A stretch of DNA of 18,348 nt. Origin: Azolla caroliniana (Eukaryota > Plantae > Polypodiophyta). The stretch lies in assembly GCA_043228905.1 (NCBI GenBank), contig JBHGNT010000654.1, positions 1-18,348 of the forward strand, given 5' to 3'. Positions within the stretch are counted from its first letter, which is position 1. Every line of letters starts with the position of its first letter. Of the stretch, positions 7,731-17,800 are shown piece after piece. The position numbers were made by a program, and so were the translations under genes. Below the pieces are notes generated by a model that worked only from the letters and a program-made list of their open reading frames with translations, searched no databases and was not told the DNA's origin.

Positions 7731-10700
7731 CTTCGGCATGGGATGTCTCTCCAATCCGATCCTCTTCCGGCATGCATCCAGCTTGTCGGGTGTGAGCACT
7801 TTGGTCAGCATATCCGACCCGTTCTCGTCCGTGTGGATCTTCGTCAGCACGAACTCCTTGTCTTCTATCCTTTCCCGGATCCAGTGATATCTTCGCTGGA
7901 TGTGCTTCGTCCGGGAATGGTAGGCCGCGTTCTTCGCAAGGTGGATGGCACTCTGACTGTCGCAGTAGAGTCGGTACTCCTCTTGCCGGATACCAAGCTC
8001 TCTAATGAAGTCCTTCATCCATATTATTTCCTTGCCGGCTTCAACAGCCGCCATGTACTCCGCCTCCGTGGTTGACAACGCAACCGTCTTCTGCAGCCTC
8101 GACTGCCACGAAACAGCTCCCCCTGCATATGTCATCACATACCCTGATGTGGACCGGCTGGTATCTGCATCAGCCGACATATCCGAGTCGGTGAAGCCGT
8201 CGAGTTCGGGCTTACCGGAGCCGAATCGGAGGCACACGTTTGCCGTGCCCTTCAGGTATCGGAGTATCCACTTGACCGCGTTCCAATGCTCTTTGCCAGG
8301 ATTGCTCATGTACCGGCTCACCACTCCGACTGCATATCCGATGTCCGGTCTCGTACACACCATGGCGTACATCAAGCTCCCGACGGCTGAGGCATACGGC
8401 ACTTTCATCATATCCTCCTTTTCAGCCTTTGTCTTGGGACTTTGCTTGCTGGACAACTTGCAGTTTGCCGGTAGGGTTGATCCGACCGGTCTTGCTTCCG
8501 ACATGTTGAACCGTTGAAGCACCTTTGTCACGTACTTCTCTTGTGACAGCCACAACTGCTTCTTGCTCCGGTCCCGAATGATGTGCAACCCTAGTATTTG
8601 TCTCGCCGGACCCAAGTCCTTCATTGAGAAGGTTCGGTGAAGAGCCTTCTTCAGCATCCGTATCTTGACCTGGTCCCGTCCGACGATCAACATGTCGTCC
8701 ACGTACAGGAGGAGTATTAGAAAGTCTCCTCCTTCGAACTTCTTCACAAACACGCAGTGGTCAGACTGCGTTTTGAGGTACCCTTCGTCGGTCATGAAGG
8801 AGTCGAACTTTCGGTACCATTGCCGGGGAGCCTGCTTCAGTCCGTAAAGGCTCTTCTTCAACCGGCATACCAGGTGCTCCTTCCCTTTCTTCTCGAATCC
8901 TTCCGGTTGCTCCATGTAGATCTCTTCTTCGAGGTCACCGTGAAGGAATGTCGTCTTCACGTCCATCTGTTCTACCTCGAGGTCCATGCTTGCCGCTATG
9001 CTCAGCACCGTCCGGATGGAGGTCATCTTCACTACCGGGGCAAATATCTCGTCGAAGTCGACGCCCTTCTTCTGCTGAAACCCCTTCACCACGATCCTGG
9101 CTTTGTATCTCGGGGGGTTTCCGGCATCTCCCGGTTTCAGCTTGAACACCCACTTGTTTCGAAATGCCCGCTTTCCTTTCGGCAACTCCATAAGTTCATA
9201 TGTGTGGTTCTCATGCAGGGAATCCATCTCATCCTGCATGGCACTCAACCACCTGCGGCTCTGGGTGTCGTGCTTTGCTTCTTCAAAGCTCTCCGGCTCC
9301 CCCTCGTCGGTTAGCAGCACGTGCTCTGGTTCCGGAAATCTCCGGGGGGCCCTTCTCTCTCTTAGAGGATATCTCTGTTCCGGAGCTTCGGTAACCGGTT
9401 CTTCCGATTCTTCTTCGTCCGAATCCATTTCGGGATCGGGGCTGGTTCCGGTATCATTTTCATCTTCCTCGGCCGGTTCTGTTTCTTCACCGTCTTCGGC
9501 CGGATCTTCGAGTGTTAACCGGTCCCTTGCCGGTTGGGACTGCTCCTCGTAGAGTTTATCCTCACCGGTCGACTTGGAGCTCTTCATCTTCTTCTCCGAC
9601 TCCCAGTCGGCGAGCGTCTTGTCCTCCATGAAGATGATATCTCGACTCCTGAATATCTTCTTGTCGACCGGGTCCCATACTCGGTAGCCGAACTCGTCGT
9701 CGCCGTAACCGAGGAATATGCATGGCCGGGTCTTTGGATCTAACTTTCCTCTCCGGTCCTTTGCCACATGCACGTATGCGAGACACCCGAACACCTTCAG
9801 ATGCCGGTAGGACACTTCCTTACCGGTCCACACTTTCTGCGGCGTGTCTCCGTCCAAAGGTACTGAGGGTGATCTATTTATCACATACGTCGCCGTCGAC
9901 ATTGCCTCAGCCCAAAATCCCTTGGGTAATTTCGCATGCGCCAGCATACTCCGGACCCTCTCCATTATGGTCCGGTTCATCCTCTCGGCCAGCCCGTTCA
10001 GTTCCGGCGTCTTCGGCACAGTAAACTCGAGCCGGATTCCCTTCGAGCGACAGTACTCCTGGAACTGCCCCCGGTATTCTCCTCCGTTATCCGCTCGTAT
10101 TGCTTTCAGCTTCTTGCCGGATTCCCTTTCCACCCTCGCGTGGAGTTCTTTGAAGACGGACAGTACTTGGTCCTTTGTCTTCAACGGTGCCGTCCACAGC
10201 TTCCGGCTGTGGTCATCAATGAATGTCACGAAGTACTGGGCTCCGCCATGTGACTTCGTTTCTACTTGACACACGTCTGTGTGCACCAGCTCCAATGGTC
10301 CGCTACGTCTCGTCGGTGGCCTTGAGTGGAAGGAGGTCCGGTTTTGCTTACCGGCCAGACAGTCAGTGCACTTCTCCAGGTGCACATGCTTCACTGGAAT
10401 AAGGTTGTCTTCTGCAAGCCTCTTCATCCCCTTCTCACTCATGTGGCACAGTCTCTTGTGCCACAGCTCACCGGCAGCGTCGGCTGCCACGTTCAGCTCC
10501 TCCGGACATAGCCGGGAATTCATCAGGTACAGTGTGTTGACCTTCCGGGCCCGAGCCTCTATCAGGCTCCCTTTGCTGAACTTCATGACACCGTTCCGGA
10601 TGCTACCCGTGTAGCCTTCATCGTCTAGCCTCCCGGCCGAAATCAGGTTCAATCGAACCTCCGGAACGTGTCGAACATCCTTCAGCAGCATCTTGCATCC

Positions 10701-11801
10701 GGTTGATGTCATCAGCCACACGTCTCCTATGCCGGCAATCCGGCATGTACCTTCATTTCCCATCCGGACACAGCCGTGCTCACCGGCTATGTAGGATGAG
10801 AAGTATTTCTTCTCCGGGGTCAGGTGGAACGACGCTCCGGAATCGACCACCCAGGTCATCTCTTCACCGGCAAGGTTCAGCTCCCTCTCTTCGGTAATGA
10901 GCATTATCTCTTCTTCACTTGCCGCGAGTGCCGTCGTTCCTTTCCGGTCCTGCCCTCGCCGATCCGGACCTCTCCGGTCCGTGGCTCCCCGGTATGCACC
11001 GTTTCTCTCCGGTGACTTCTTCGAATCGGTGTCGTCGGCTCCGTTGTCCTTTCGGTAATGCCGACAATTCTTCCGGAAGTGCCCCGGCTTCCCACAGTGG
11101 AAGCATATGGGTCTTCCTCTTGACTGCGACCGGGTCCCCGACTTCTCCCGTCTTTGCGGACTTCGGTTCCATTGTCTTCCCCGTTCCGATTCGGTAAGCA
11201 GCATCTTCGGATCGGAAACCGGTTCTTTATCTTTTCGACGCGCTTCTTCGTTCAAAATGCTTGTCTTTACCGTTTGTAGAGACAAGTTATCTTCGGTGCA
11301 GGAGGTGCTGAGAGTCACCACCAAGTTCTCCCAGCTTTCCGGCAATGTACACATCAGAATGATGGCTTGCATTGCATCCTCCAATGGGAACTTGATCGCC
11401 GCAAGCTGGTTCACGAATCCCATGAACGTGCTCACGTGTTCCACCATATTCTCGCCGTCCCGGTACTTGAGGTTCACAATCTTCCTCATCAGGGAGGTCC
11501 GGTTCAACGCATTCTTCCTCTCGTAGAGGCCCGACAGCTTCTTCCACATCTCATATGCGTTGGTGTCGTTCGCCACATGTTGTAGAACGCTTACATCGAC
11601 ATATTGCCGGATCGTCGCTACGGCTTTCCGGTTCAGGAGCTTCCACTCCGACTCTATTACTCCCTTGGGTACCTCGGCATTGTCGATCGGTTCGTACAGG
11701 TCTCGGACGATGAGAAGGTCTTCCATCTTTATCTTCCAATCGGCGTAGTTCTGTGAGTTCAACACCATCATGCCCGGAGGCCCACTACCGCCGCCTTCCA
11801 T
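7728..11801 (-). CDS. Copia Gag-Pol polyprotein, 1357 aa (gag, CCHC knuckle, protease, integrase, RT, RNase H)
   Basis: First ATG after the PBS is at 11801 (MEGGGSG…). Motifs: CFHCGKPGHFRKNC, DSGAS, HKRLCH…CTDC, DDHSR/DNGGEY/ERMNRT, YGLKQAPRQW, YVDD, EAEY/CDSQSA/DMLTK. No stops. Confidence 0.97.
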   Translation of the reverse strand: MEGGGSGPPGMMVLNSQNYADWKIKMEDLLIVRDLYEPIDNAEVPKGVIESEWKLLNRKAVATIRQYVDVSVLQHVANDTNAYEMWKKLSGLYERKNALNRTSLMRKIVNLKYRDGENMVEHVSTFMGFVNQLAAIKFPLEDAMQAIILMCTLPESWENLVVTLSTSCTEDNLSLQTVKTSILNEEARRKDKEPVSDPKMLLTESERGRQWNRSPQRREKSGTRSQSRGRPICFHCGKPGHFRKNCRHYRKDNGADDTDSKKSPERNGAYRGATDRRGPDRRGQDRKGTTALAASEEEIMLITEERELNLAGEEMTWVVDSGASFHLTPEKKYFSSYIAGEHGCVRMGNEGTCRIAGIGDVWLMTSTGCKMLLKDVRHVPEVRLNLISAGRLDDEGYTGSIRNGVMKFSKGSLIEARARKVNTLYLMNSRLCPEELNVAADAAGELWHKRLCHMSEKGMKRLAEDNLIPVKHVHLEKCTDCLAGKQNRTSFHSRPPTRRSGPLELVHTDVCQVETKSHGGAQYFVTFIDDHSRKLWTAPLKTKDQVLSVFKELHARVERESGKKLKAIRADNGGEYRGQFQEYCRSKGIRLEFTVPKTPELNGLAERMNRTIMERVRSMLAHAKLPKGFWAEAMSTATYVINRSPSVPLDGDTPQKVWTGKEVSYRHLKVFGCLAYVHVAKDRRGKLDPKTRPCIFLGYGDDEFGYRVWDPVDKKIFRSRDIIFMEDKTLADWESEKKMKSSKSTGEDKLYEEQSQPARDRLTLEDPAEDGEETEPAEEDENDTGTSPDPEMDSDEEESEEPVTEAPEQRYPLRERRAPRRFPEPEHVLLTDEGEPESFEEAKHDTQSRRWLSAMQDEMDSLHENHTYELMELPKGKRAFRNKWVFKLKPGDAGNPPRYKARIVVKGFQQKKGVDFDEIFAPVVKMTSIRTVLSIAASMDLEVEQMDVKTTFLHGDLEEEIYMEQPEGFEKKGKEHLVCRLKKSLYGLKQAPRQWYRKFDSFMTDEGYLKTQSDHCVFVKKFEGGDFLILLLYVDDMLIVGRDQVKIRMLKKALHRTFSMKDLGPARQILGLHIIRDRSKKQLWLSQEKYVTKVLQRFNMSEARPVGSTLPANCKLSSKQSPKTKAEKEDMMKVPYASAVGSLMYAMVCTRPDIGYAVGVVSRYMSNPGKEHWNAVKWILRYLKGTANVCLRFGSGKPELDGFTDSDMSADADTSRSTSGYVMTYAGGAVSWQSRLQKTVALSTTEAEYMAAVEAGKEIIWMKDFIRELGIRQEEYRLYCDSQSAIHLAKNAAYHSRTKHIQRRYHWIRERIEDKEFVLTKIHTDENGSDMLTKVLTPDKLDACRKRIGLERHPMPK

Positions 11802-11817
11802 TTTCTGTGTTACCGTC

Positions 11818-11829
11818 GCTCTGATACCA
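11818..11829 (-). promoter_or_regulatory. Primer binding site (initiator tRNA-Met) of copia B
   Basis: Minus TGGTATCAGAGC, 3 nt from the 5' LTR end. Confidence 0.95.
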
Positions 11830-11832
11830 ATT

Positions 11833-12454
11833 TGTTGAAAATCAGTGCTCGTCCACAACCGAGGAATAGGATCAACTCACAGAAAACGGGAGATACAATA
11901 TGCACGAAGACAACAGAGAGAAAGGTACACAGGATGTTTTACGTGGAAAACCCTAAATGGGAAAAACCACGGGAGTCCTCAAACTCCAACTATCACTATA
12001 AACAGAGGTGTACAATGGTGAAGCTACAAGGCAACAACCTTGAGCTCACTGTCTTCGCCACAGGCGGCGGTAATACACAGAGGCAACGACCTCTTCGTCT
12101 CTCTCTCTTTCTCTCTCTCTCGGCTGCTCTCACTTCGCATGAAAAATGAGCAACAACAGAAACTGTTTGCCCTAAGTCATATTTATACACATATGACTTT
12201 CGGGCTATTTACAAATATAGCCTCAAGGGCTCTTGGCAAACATATTCACAAATATGTCCCCGCATCCGGATCTCCCTCCGGGTACATTCGTCATCCGGCT
12301 CCGTAACCGGGGTCTTCAGCATCCGGCTCCGTAGCCGGGGTCTTCATCATCCGGCTCCGTAGCCGGGGTCTTCATCATCCGGCTCCGTAACCGCAACCGG
12401 GCTTGCCGTCATTCATCTCCGGACATCCCATCCGGAGGGACCGAAATCCCAACA
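11833..12454 (-). repeat. 5' LTR of copia B
   Basis: 622 bp, TGTTG…CAACA, followed by the TSD CTTAC. Confidence 0.98.
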
Positions 12455-12819
12455 CTTACCAACCCGATCGGCGTCCTCATTTTCGTTATGTCTCTACTAT
12501 CGACGACCAATTGAAATTGATCATAGCCCGAGTAGAGATCACCAATGGAATAGATCGATCTTCCCGCGAAGGCTTCGGCAAATTCATCCACACTTGGACC
12601 AATTCCGGCATTTCAGATTGTCACCTTGTTGACGGGCTGGAGATCTTGAATAAAGCGTAAGGACCCGTTCTTCTTCGGCACCGCAAACCATCTATTGGAG
12701 TATGGAGCATTGGACGGCTCTAGTATTCCCATCGTAACCTTTTCCTTTAGAAGCTCAATCAACTTCGGAATGCGAGCTTTTGGAACCGGTATTGGCTTGA
12801 GGTTCCAAGGTACATGCAG
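12455..12819 (-). pseudogene. Gypsy RT N-terminal half
   Basis: HVPWNLKPIPVPK…PYSNRWFAVPKKNGSLRFIQDLQPVNKVTI*…DLYSGYDQ…RTPIGLV joins RMCTLLQGATNS in frame across the TSD. The stop at 12613-12615 is probably CGA>TGA. Confidence 0.92.
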
Positions 12820-13373
12820 TGTCGCGGTATTCCGCGAGTACGTGTAGGATCCAAGGCGGGACCACGGGGGTCTTGGACTAGGGAGTAGAGGAGAAGGAAT
12901 AAGACACAAAATGGAATCTTAGCTCAAGAGGAGAAGAGGAAGAATAACACATTAACGTAGAATAGAATAGATGGAGGTAAGATACACCCACAAGACAAGA
13001 AACATCAACATGCTATATTAAGAGTTCACAAAGATTACAACCAAGGCCGCATAGGCTGCACCCAAAATGACTACAAGAAAACCCTAACCCGATAAGTAAG
13101 CAAAGAAGCATAGAAACCCAAAAAGAAACCCTAAAACCGAATAGAACCCCTCGACCTAAGTGGTATACCTCTCTCACTCAAAATAGGCAACCCCTTCACA
13201 AGTGACCCCTCCCTTCCTTTTATAGCCCAAGGAGGGAGGGACATTACAATGTGGGATAAATACCCCCCCTTATTCTATACACTGTTTTCCTACTATACAT
13301 GTGTACATGTTGCACACCACCGACTTGCCCATTCCACCCCGGTTTCACACTATAGCCGAAAATCTTCGCGATA
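12820..13373 (-). mobile_element. Solo LTR (554 bp) of another LTR retrotransposon family
   Basis: Ends TGTCGCG…CGCGATA (inverted termini, CA>TA), flanked by GCAG (12816-12819) and GCAA (13374-13377). Removal restores VIFTV-(P/L)-HVPW in frame. TATAAAA on minus at 13224-13218. Confidence 0.85.
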
Positions 13374-14076
13374 GCAACACCGTAAAAATCACCATCGGCT
13401 CTATCATCTTCGGGTCGGCATATCTGATCTCTTGTGGAGAGAAGGCAAAGGCTTTCCCATGTCTCTCAAGCATTCCGCGGAACATTCTCTCCTCTTCAGG
13501 GAGAAGGAAATCTTCCCTTCCAACTTGTAGCTTTCCTTTCGTCTCTTTGGTGAAGACATGACCTATTGCCTTTGGATTCCTTAAGCTCGGATCATTAGCA
13601 ACTTCCTTCATCTTCTGCCAGCTATCTTTTGGTAGCGGAACCGCAACTGGCTTGATCTTTTTATCCACCGTTTTATATTTTGTGTTGACTTTAGCTTCCT
13701 CCATCAAGATGTCTCGATGATGTTCATCGATGATAGCGTACATGTTGACGGAGTTAACCGAAATCACATGTTGATCGTGAGGGTAGCTCAAGTCCACGAC
13801 TTCCTCGATTTCGCCGATGGTGTCGTTAAATGAGGCTTCCTCAAGAATATCTGACACGAATTCTTCTTCTTGGATTATGCTTTCTTCTTTCAACATCTTC
13901 TCGAAGTCTTGTATACGACGCTTGTCCTTCTTGTTGAGTAGTGTTAGTTTACATGCGCCACTTGGTGTCACACATGTTGCTTCTCCTTGCGGTCCACTTA
14001 TTTTGGTTCCTTGTGGGGACTTATGATTGCTCGGACTATTTGTGCCCCACACTTCAATAGTCCTCTCTAAAAATCC
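13374..14076 (-). pseudogene. Gypsy pol N-terminal region (upstream of RT), entered by a -1 frameshift
   Basis: The open frame GFLERTIEVWGTNSPS…TKYKTVDKKIKPVAVPLP…GKAFAFSPQEI…PMVIFTV continues into RT once the solo LTR is removed. No ATG near its beginning. Confidence 0.8.
14012..14076 (-). promoter_or_regulatory. Programmed -1 ribosomal frameshift signal: slippery heptamer plus H-type pseudoknot
   Basis: G_GAT_TTT (14076-14070) is followed by TAG. After a 6-nt spacer, stem 1 is GGACTATT/AATAGTCC (14063-14056 / 14040-14033) and stem 2 is TGTGGGG/CCCCACA (14051-14045 / 14018-14012). The -1 frame is the pol frame. Confidence 0.8.
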
Positions 14077-14222
14077 GAGGATTCGCCTCCAAGGCTATCT
14101 CAGTTCCTTTCGTCATTAGTCTGTACCATAAGGAATTGAACAGATCTTTGATTGTCAAGGCTCTTCACTTGCGCGAAGGCCGCTCCATTATCGAACACCT
14201 TAGTCCCTGACGGGAACTCCAA
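14067..14222 (-). pseudogene. C-terminus of the gypsy ORF1 (gag-protease tail)
   Basis: LEFPSGTKVFDNGAAFAQVKSLDNQRSVQFLMVQTNDERN*DSLGGESSDF* ends at the slippery site and is truncated upstream by copia C. Confidence 0.6.
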
Positions 14223-14882
14223 CGTTCCTTATGCACAACGCTCGGCCACAACCGAGCTTAGATTGACACACAGAAAACGGGAAATAGAACACGACACAAA
14301 GAAGAGAAATGGTACACAGGAGGTTAACGTGGAAAACCCCAAACTAGGGGAAAAACCACGGCAGCCCACAGGCTGCAAACTATCACTATGTATGAATGTA
14401 CAAAACAGTGAGTTCACGGAGGCAACGACCTCGGACTCACGCTCTTCGCCACAGGCGGCGGTTACAACAGAGGCAGCGACCTCTTTCTCTCTCTCTGTAC
14501 AACGTTACGTGCTCTCTCTTCTTCTTGCACCAACAAGGAGAAAATGACAACAACAACATTAATATTAGCTTGCCCTAAGTCATATTTATACTAATATGAC
14601 TTTCCGGCTATTTACAAATATAGCCACAATGGGCTCTCAGAAACATATTTACGAATATGTCTCTTCCTCCGGTTCATACCGGGTCTGCACCATCCGGCTC
14701 TCCGTAGTCGGGTACTCCTCATCCGGTTCATACCGGGCCTGCACCATCCGGCTCTCCGTAGCCGGGTACTCCTCATCCGGTTCATACCGGGCCTATATCA
14801 TCCGGCTCTCCGTAGCCGGGTACTCATACCGTTTCGGCATTGTTCTTCTCCCTTCCCATCCGGAGGGACCTGTCTCCCAACA
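14223..14882 (-). repeat. 3' LTR of copia C, with three 54-bp U3 repeats (14668-14827)
   Basis: Shares blocks with the B LTR (GCTCG-CCACAACCGAG, ACGTGGAAAACCC, GCCACAGGCGGCGGT, CCCTAAGTCATATTTATAC). Ends CCCAACA at 14882, followed by the same PPT (14883-14895). Confidence 0.88.
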
Positions 14883-14892
14883 AACTCCCCCT

Positions 14893-17800
14893 TCACTCCG
14901 GCATGGGGTGTCTTACCAGTCCGATCCTCCTCCGGCATGCGTCCAGCTTGTCGGGTGTCAGCACTTTGGTTAGCATATCTGACCCGTTCTTGGCCGTGTG
15001 GATCTTCGTCAATGCGAACTCCTGGTCATCTACTCTTTCCCGGATCCAGTGATACCTCCGCTGCATATGCTTCGTCCGGGAATGGTAGGCCGCATTCTTA
15101 GCAAGGTGGATGGCACTTTGACTGTCGCAGTAGAGTCGGTATTCCTCTTGCCGGATACCGAGCTCTCCGATGAAGTCCTTCATCCATAATATTTCCTTGC
15201 CGGCTTCCACAGCCGCCATGTACTCCGCCTCTGTGGTTGACAATGCAACTGTCTTCTGCAGCCTCGACTGCCACGAAACAGCTCCCCCTGCATATGTCAT
15301 CACATACCCGGATGTAGACCGGTTGGTATCCACATCAGCCGACATGTCCGAATCAGTGAAACCGTCTAGTTGAGGTTTTCCGGAGCCGAATCGGAGACAC
15401 ATATTTGAAGTGCCCTTCAAATACCGGAGTATCCACTTGACCGCGTTCTAGTGCTCCTTGCCGGGATTACTCATAAACCGGCTCACCACTCCGACTGCGT
15501 ATCCAATATCCGGTCGGGTACAAACCATTGCGTACATCAAGCTCCCGACGGTAGAAGCATATGGAATCTTCATCATATCTGCCTTCTCTCCTTTCGTCTT
15601 CGGGCTTTGCTCCCGACCGGTTTTGCTTTTGACATGTTGAACCGGTGAAGCACCTTTGTCACGTACTTCTCCTGTGACAGCCATAATTGCTTCACTGACC
15701 GGTCCCGAATGATGTGCATCCCCAACATCTGTCTTGCCGGACCCAAGTCTTTCATTGAGAATGTCTGGTTGAGAGCCTTCTTTAGCATCCGTATTTTGAC
15801 TTGGTCCCGTCCGACGATCAACATGTCATCCACGTACAGGAGGAGTATCAGGAAGTCCCCTCCTTCGAACTTCTTCACAAACACGCAGTGATCGGCCTGC
15901 GTCTTGTGGTACCCTTGATCGGTCATGAAGGAGTCGAACTTCCGGTACCATTGCCGGGGAGCCTGCTTCAGTCCGTACAGGCTCTTCTTCAACTGGCATA
16001 CCAGGTGCTCCTTCCCTTTCTCTACAAATCCTTCCGGTTGCTGCATGTAGATCTCCTCTTCAAGGTCGCCGTGAAGGAAAGCCGTCTTCACGTCCAGTTG
16101 CTCTACCTCGAGGTCCATGCTTGCTGCTATACTCAGCACCGTCCGGATGGAGGTCATCTTTACTACCGGGGAAAATATCTCGTCGAAGTCCACGCCCTTC
16201 TTCTGCTGGAACCCCTTCACCACAATCCTGGCTTTGTATCTCGGGGGGTTGCCGGCATCTCCCGGTTTCAACTTGTACACCCACTTGTTTCGGAGTGCCC
16301 GTTTTCCTTTCGGCTGCTCCACCAATTCGTACGTATGGTTCTCATGCAGGGAATCCATCTCATCCTGCATGGCACTTAACCATTTTTGGCTGTGGGTGTC
16401 TTCCTTCGCTTCTTCGAAGCTTTCCGGCTCCCCCTCATCGGTCAGCAGAACATGCTCTGCATCCGGAAATCTCCGGGGCACCCTTCTCTCTCTGAGAGGA
16501 TATCTACGTCTTCGGGCTTCGGTAACCGGCTCCTCCATTTTCTCTTCATCCGAATCCGATTCAGGGTCTTGGCCGGTTCTGGTCTCAGCTTCCTCTACTT
16601 CTTCTTCTGCCGGTTCGGTATCCTCACCGTAACCGGCTGGTTCCTCGAGTGCTAACCGGTCTCTTGCCGGTTGGGTCTACTCATCGTAGAGTCTATCCTT
16701 ACCGGTCGACTCGGAGTTCATTATCTTCTTCTCCGACTCCCAGTCGGCGAGCGTCTTGTCCTCCATGAAGATAATATCTCGACTCCGGAATACCTTCTTG
16801 TCGACCGGGTCCCACACTCGGTAGCCGAACTCATCGTCACCGTAACCGAGGAATATGCATGGCCGGGTCTTTGGATCTAGCTTTCCTCTCCGGTCCTTAG
16901 CTACATGCACGTACGCGAGACACCCGAACACCTTCAGATGCCGGTAGGATACTTCCTTACCGGTCCACACTCTTTGTGGCGTGTCTCCATCCAAGGGTAC
17001 TGAGGGTGATCTATTAATCACATATGTCGCCGTCGACAGTGCCTCAACCCAAAACTTCTTGGGTAGTTTTGCATGCGCTAGCATACTCCGGACCCTCTCC
17101 ATTATGGTTCGGTTCATCCTCTCGGCCAGTCCGTTTAGTTTCGGCGTCTTTGGCACGGTAAATTCGAGCCGGATTCCCTTCGAACGGCAGTAATCCTCGA
17201 ATTGCCCCCGGTACTCTCCTCCGTTGTCTGCTCGAACCGCCTTCAGCTTTCGGCCGGTTTCTCTTTCCACTCTCGCGTGGAGCTCTTTGAAGACGGATAA
17301 CACCTGATCCTTCGTCTTCAATGGTGTGGCCCACAGCTTCCGGCTGTGGTCATCTATGAACGTCACGAAGTACTGCGCTCCGGCATGTGACTTCGTGTCT
17401 ACCTGACACACATCCGTATGCACCAACTCCAGTGGTGCATTATGTCTCATCGGTTGCCTTGGTCGGAAGGAGGTCCGGTTCTGCTTACCGGCCAGACAAT
17501 CAGTGCACTTCTCTAAGTACACGTTCTTCACTAGAATGAGGTTGTCGTCTACAAGGCTCTTCATCCCCTTCTCGCTCATATGACACAGCCTCTTGTGCCA
17601 CAGCTCACCGGCAGTGTCGAAAGCCACGTTTACTTCTTCCGGACATAACCGGGCATTCATCAGGTACAACGTGTTTACCTTCTGGGCCCGAGCCACAATC
17701 AGACTCCCTTTGCTGAACTTCATGACACCGTTCCGGATGCTACCCGTGTAGCCTTCATCATCTAGCCGACCGGCTGATATCAGGTTCAGACGAACTTCCG

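Larger units (their letters stand above)
7096..12454 (-). mobile_element. Intact, recent Ty1/copia retrotransposon (element B), Tnt1/Tork-like, 5359 bp
   Basis: Two 622-bp LTRs (TGTTG…CAACA), perfect 5-bp TSD CTTAC (7091-7095 and 12455-12459), PBS, PPT and one uninterrupted ORF. Confidence 0.98.
3440..14222 (-). mobile_element. Decayed Ty3/gypsy LTR retrotransposon (host of the nested insertions); 5' part lies beyond copia C
   Basis: Domain order on minus is PR tail, RT, RNase H, integrase, PPT, LTR. Reading frames rejoin exactly when the copia B and solo-LTR insertions are removed. No chromodomain follows the integrase. Confidence 0.9.

Noticed and set aside
7743-11748. Many antisense and alternate-frame ORFs over the copia genes, also over 14998-18230
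   Set aside because: These are shadow ORFs expected from GC-rich, codon-biased coding sequence and have no recognisable domains.
11802-11858. N-terminal extension of the 1376-aa ORF (MWTSTDFQQIGIRA…)
   Set aside because: It runs through U5 and the PBS from a non-ATG start. The ATG at 11801 is the plausible start.
12843-13299. Possible second element (TGTAGG…TATACA) nested in the solo LTR
   Set aside because: No matching target-site duplication flanks these candidate ends.
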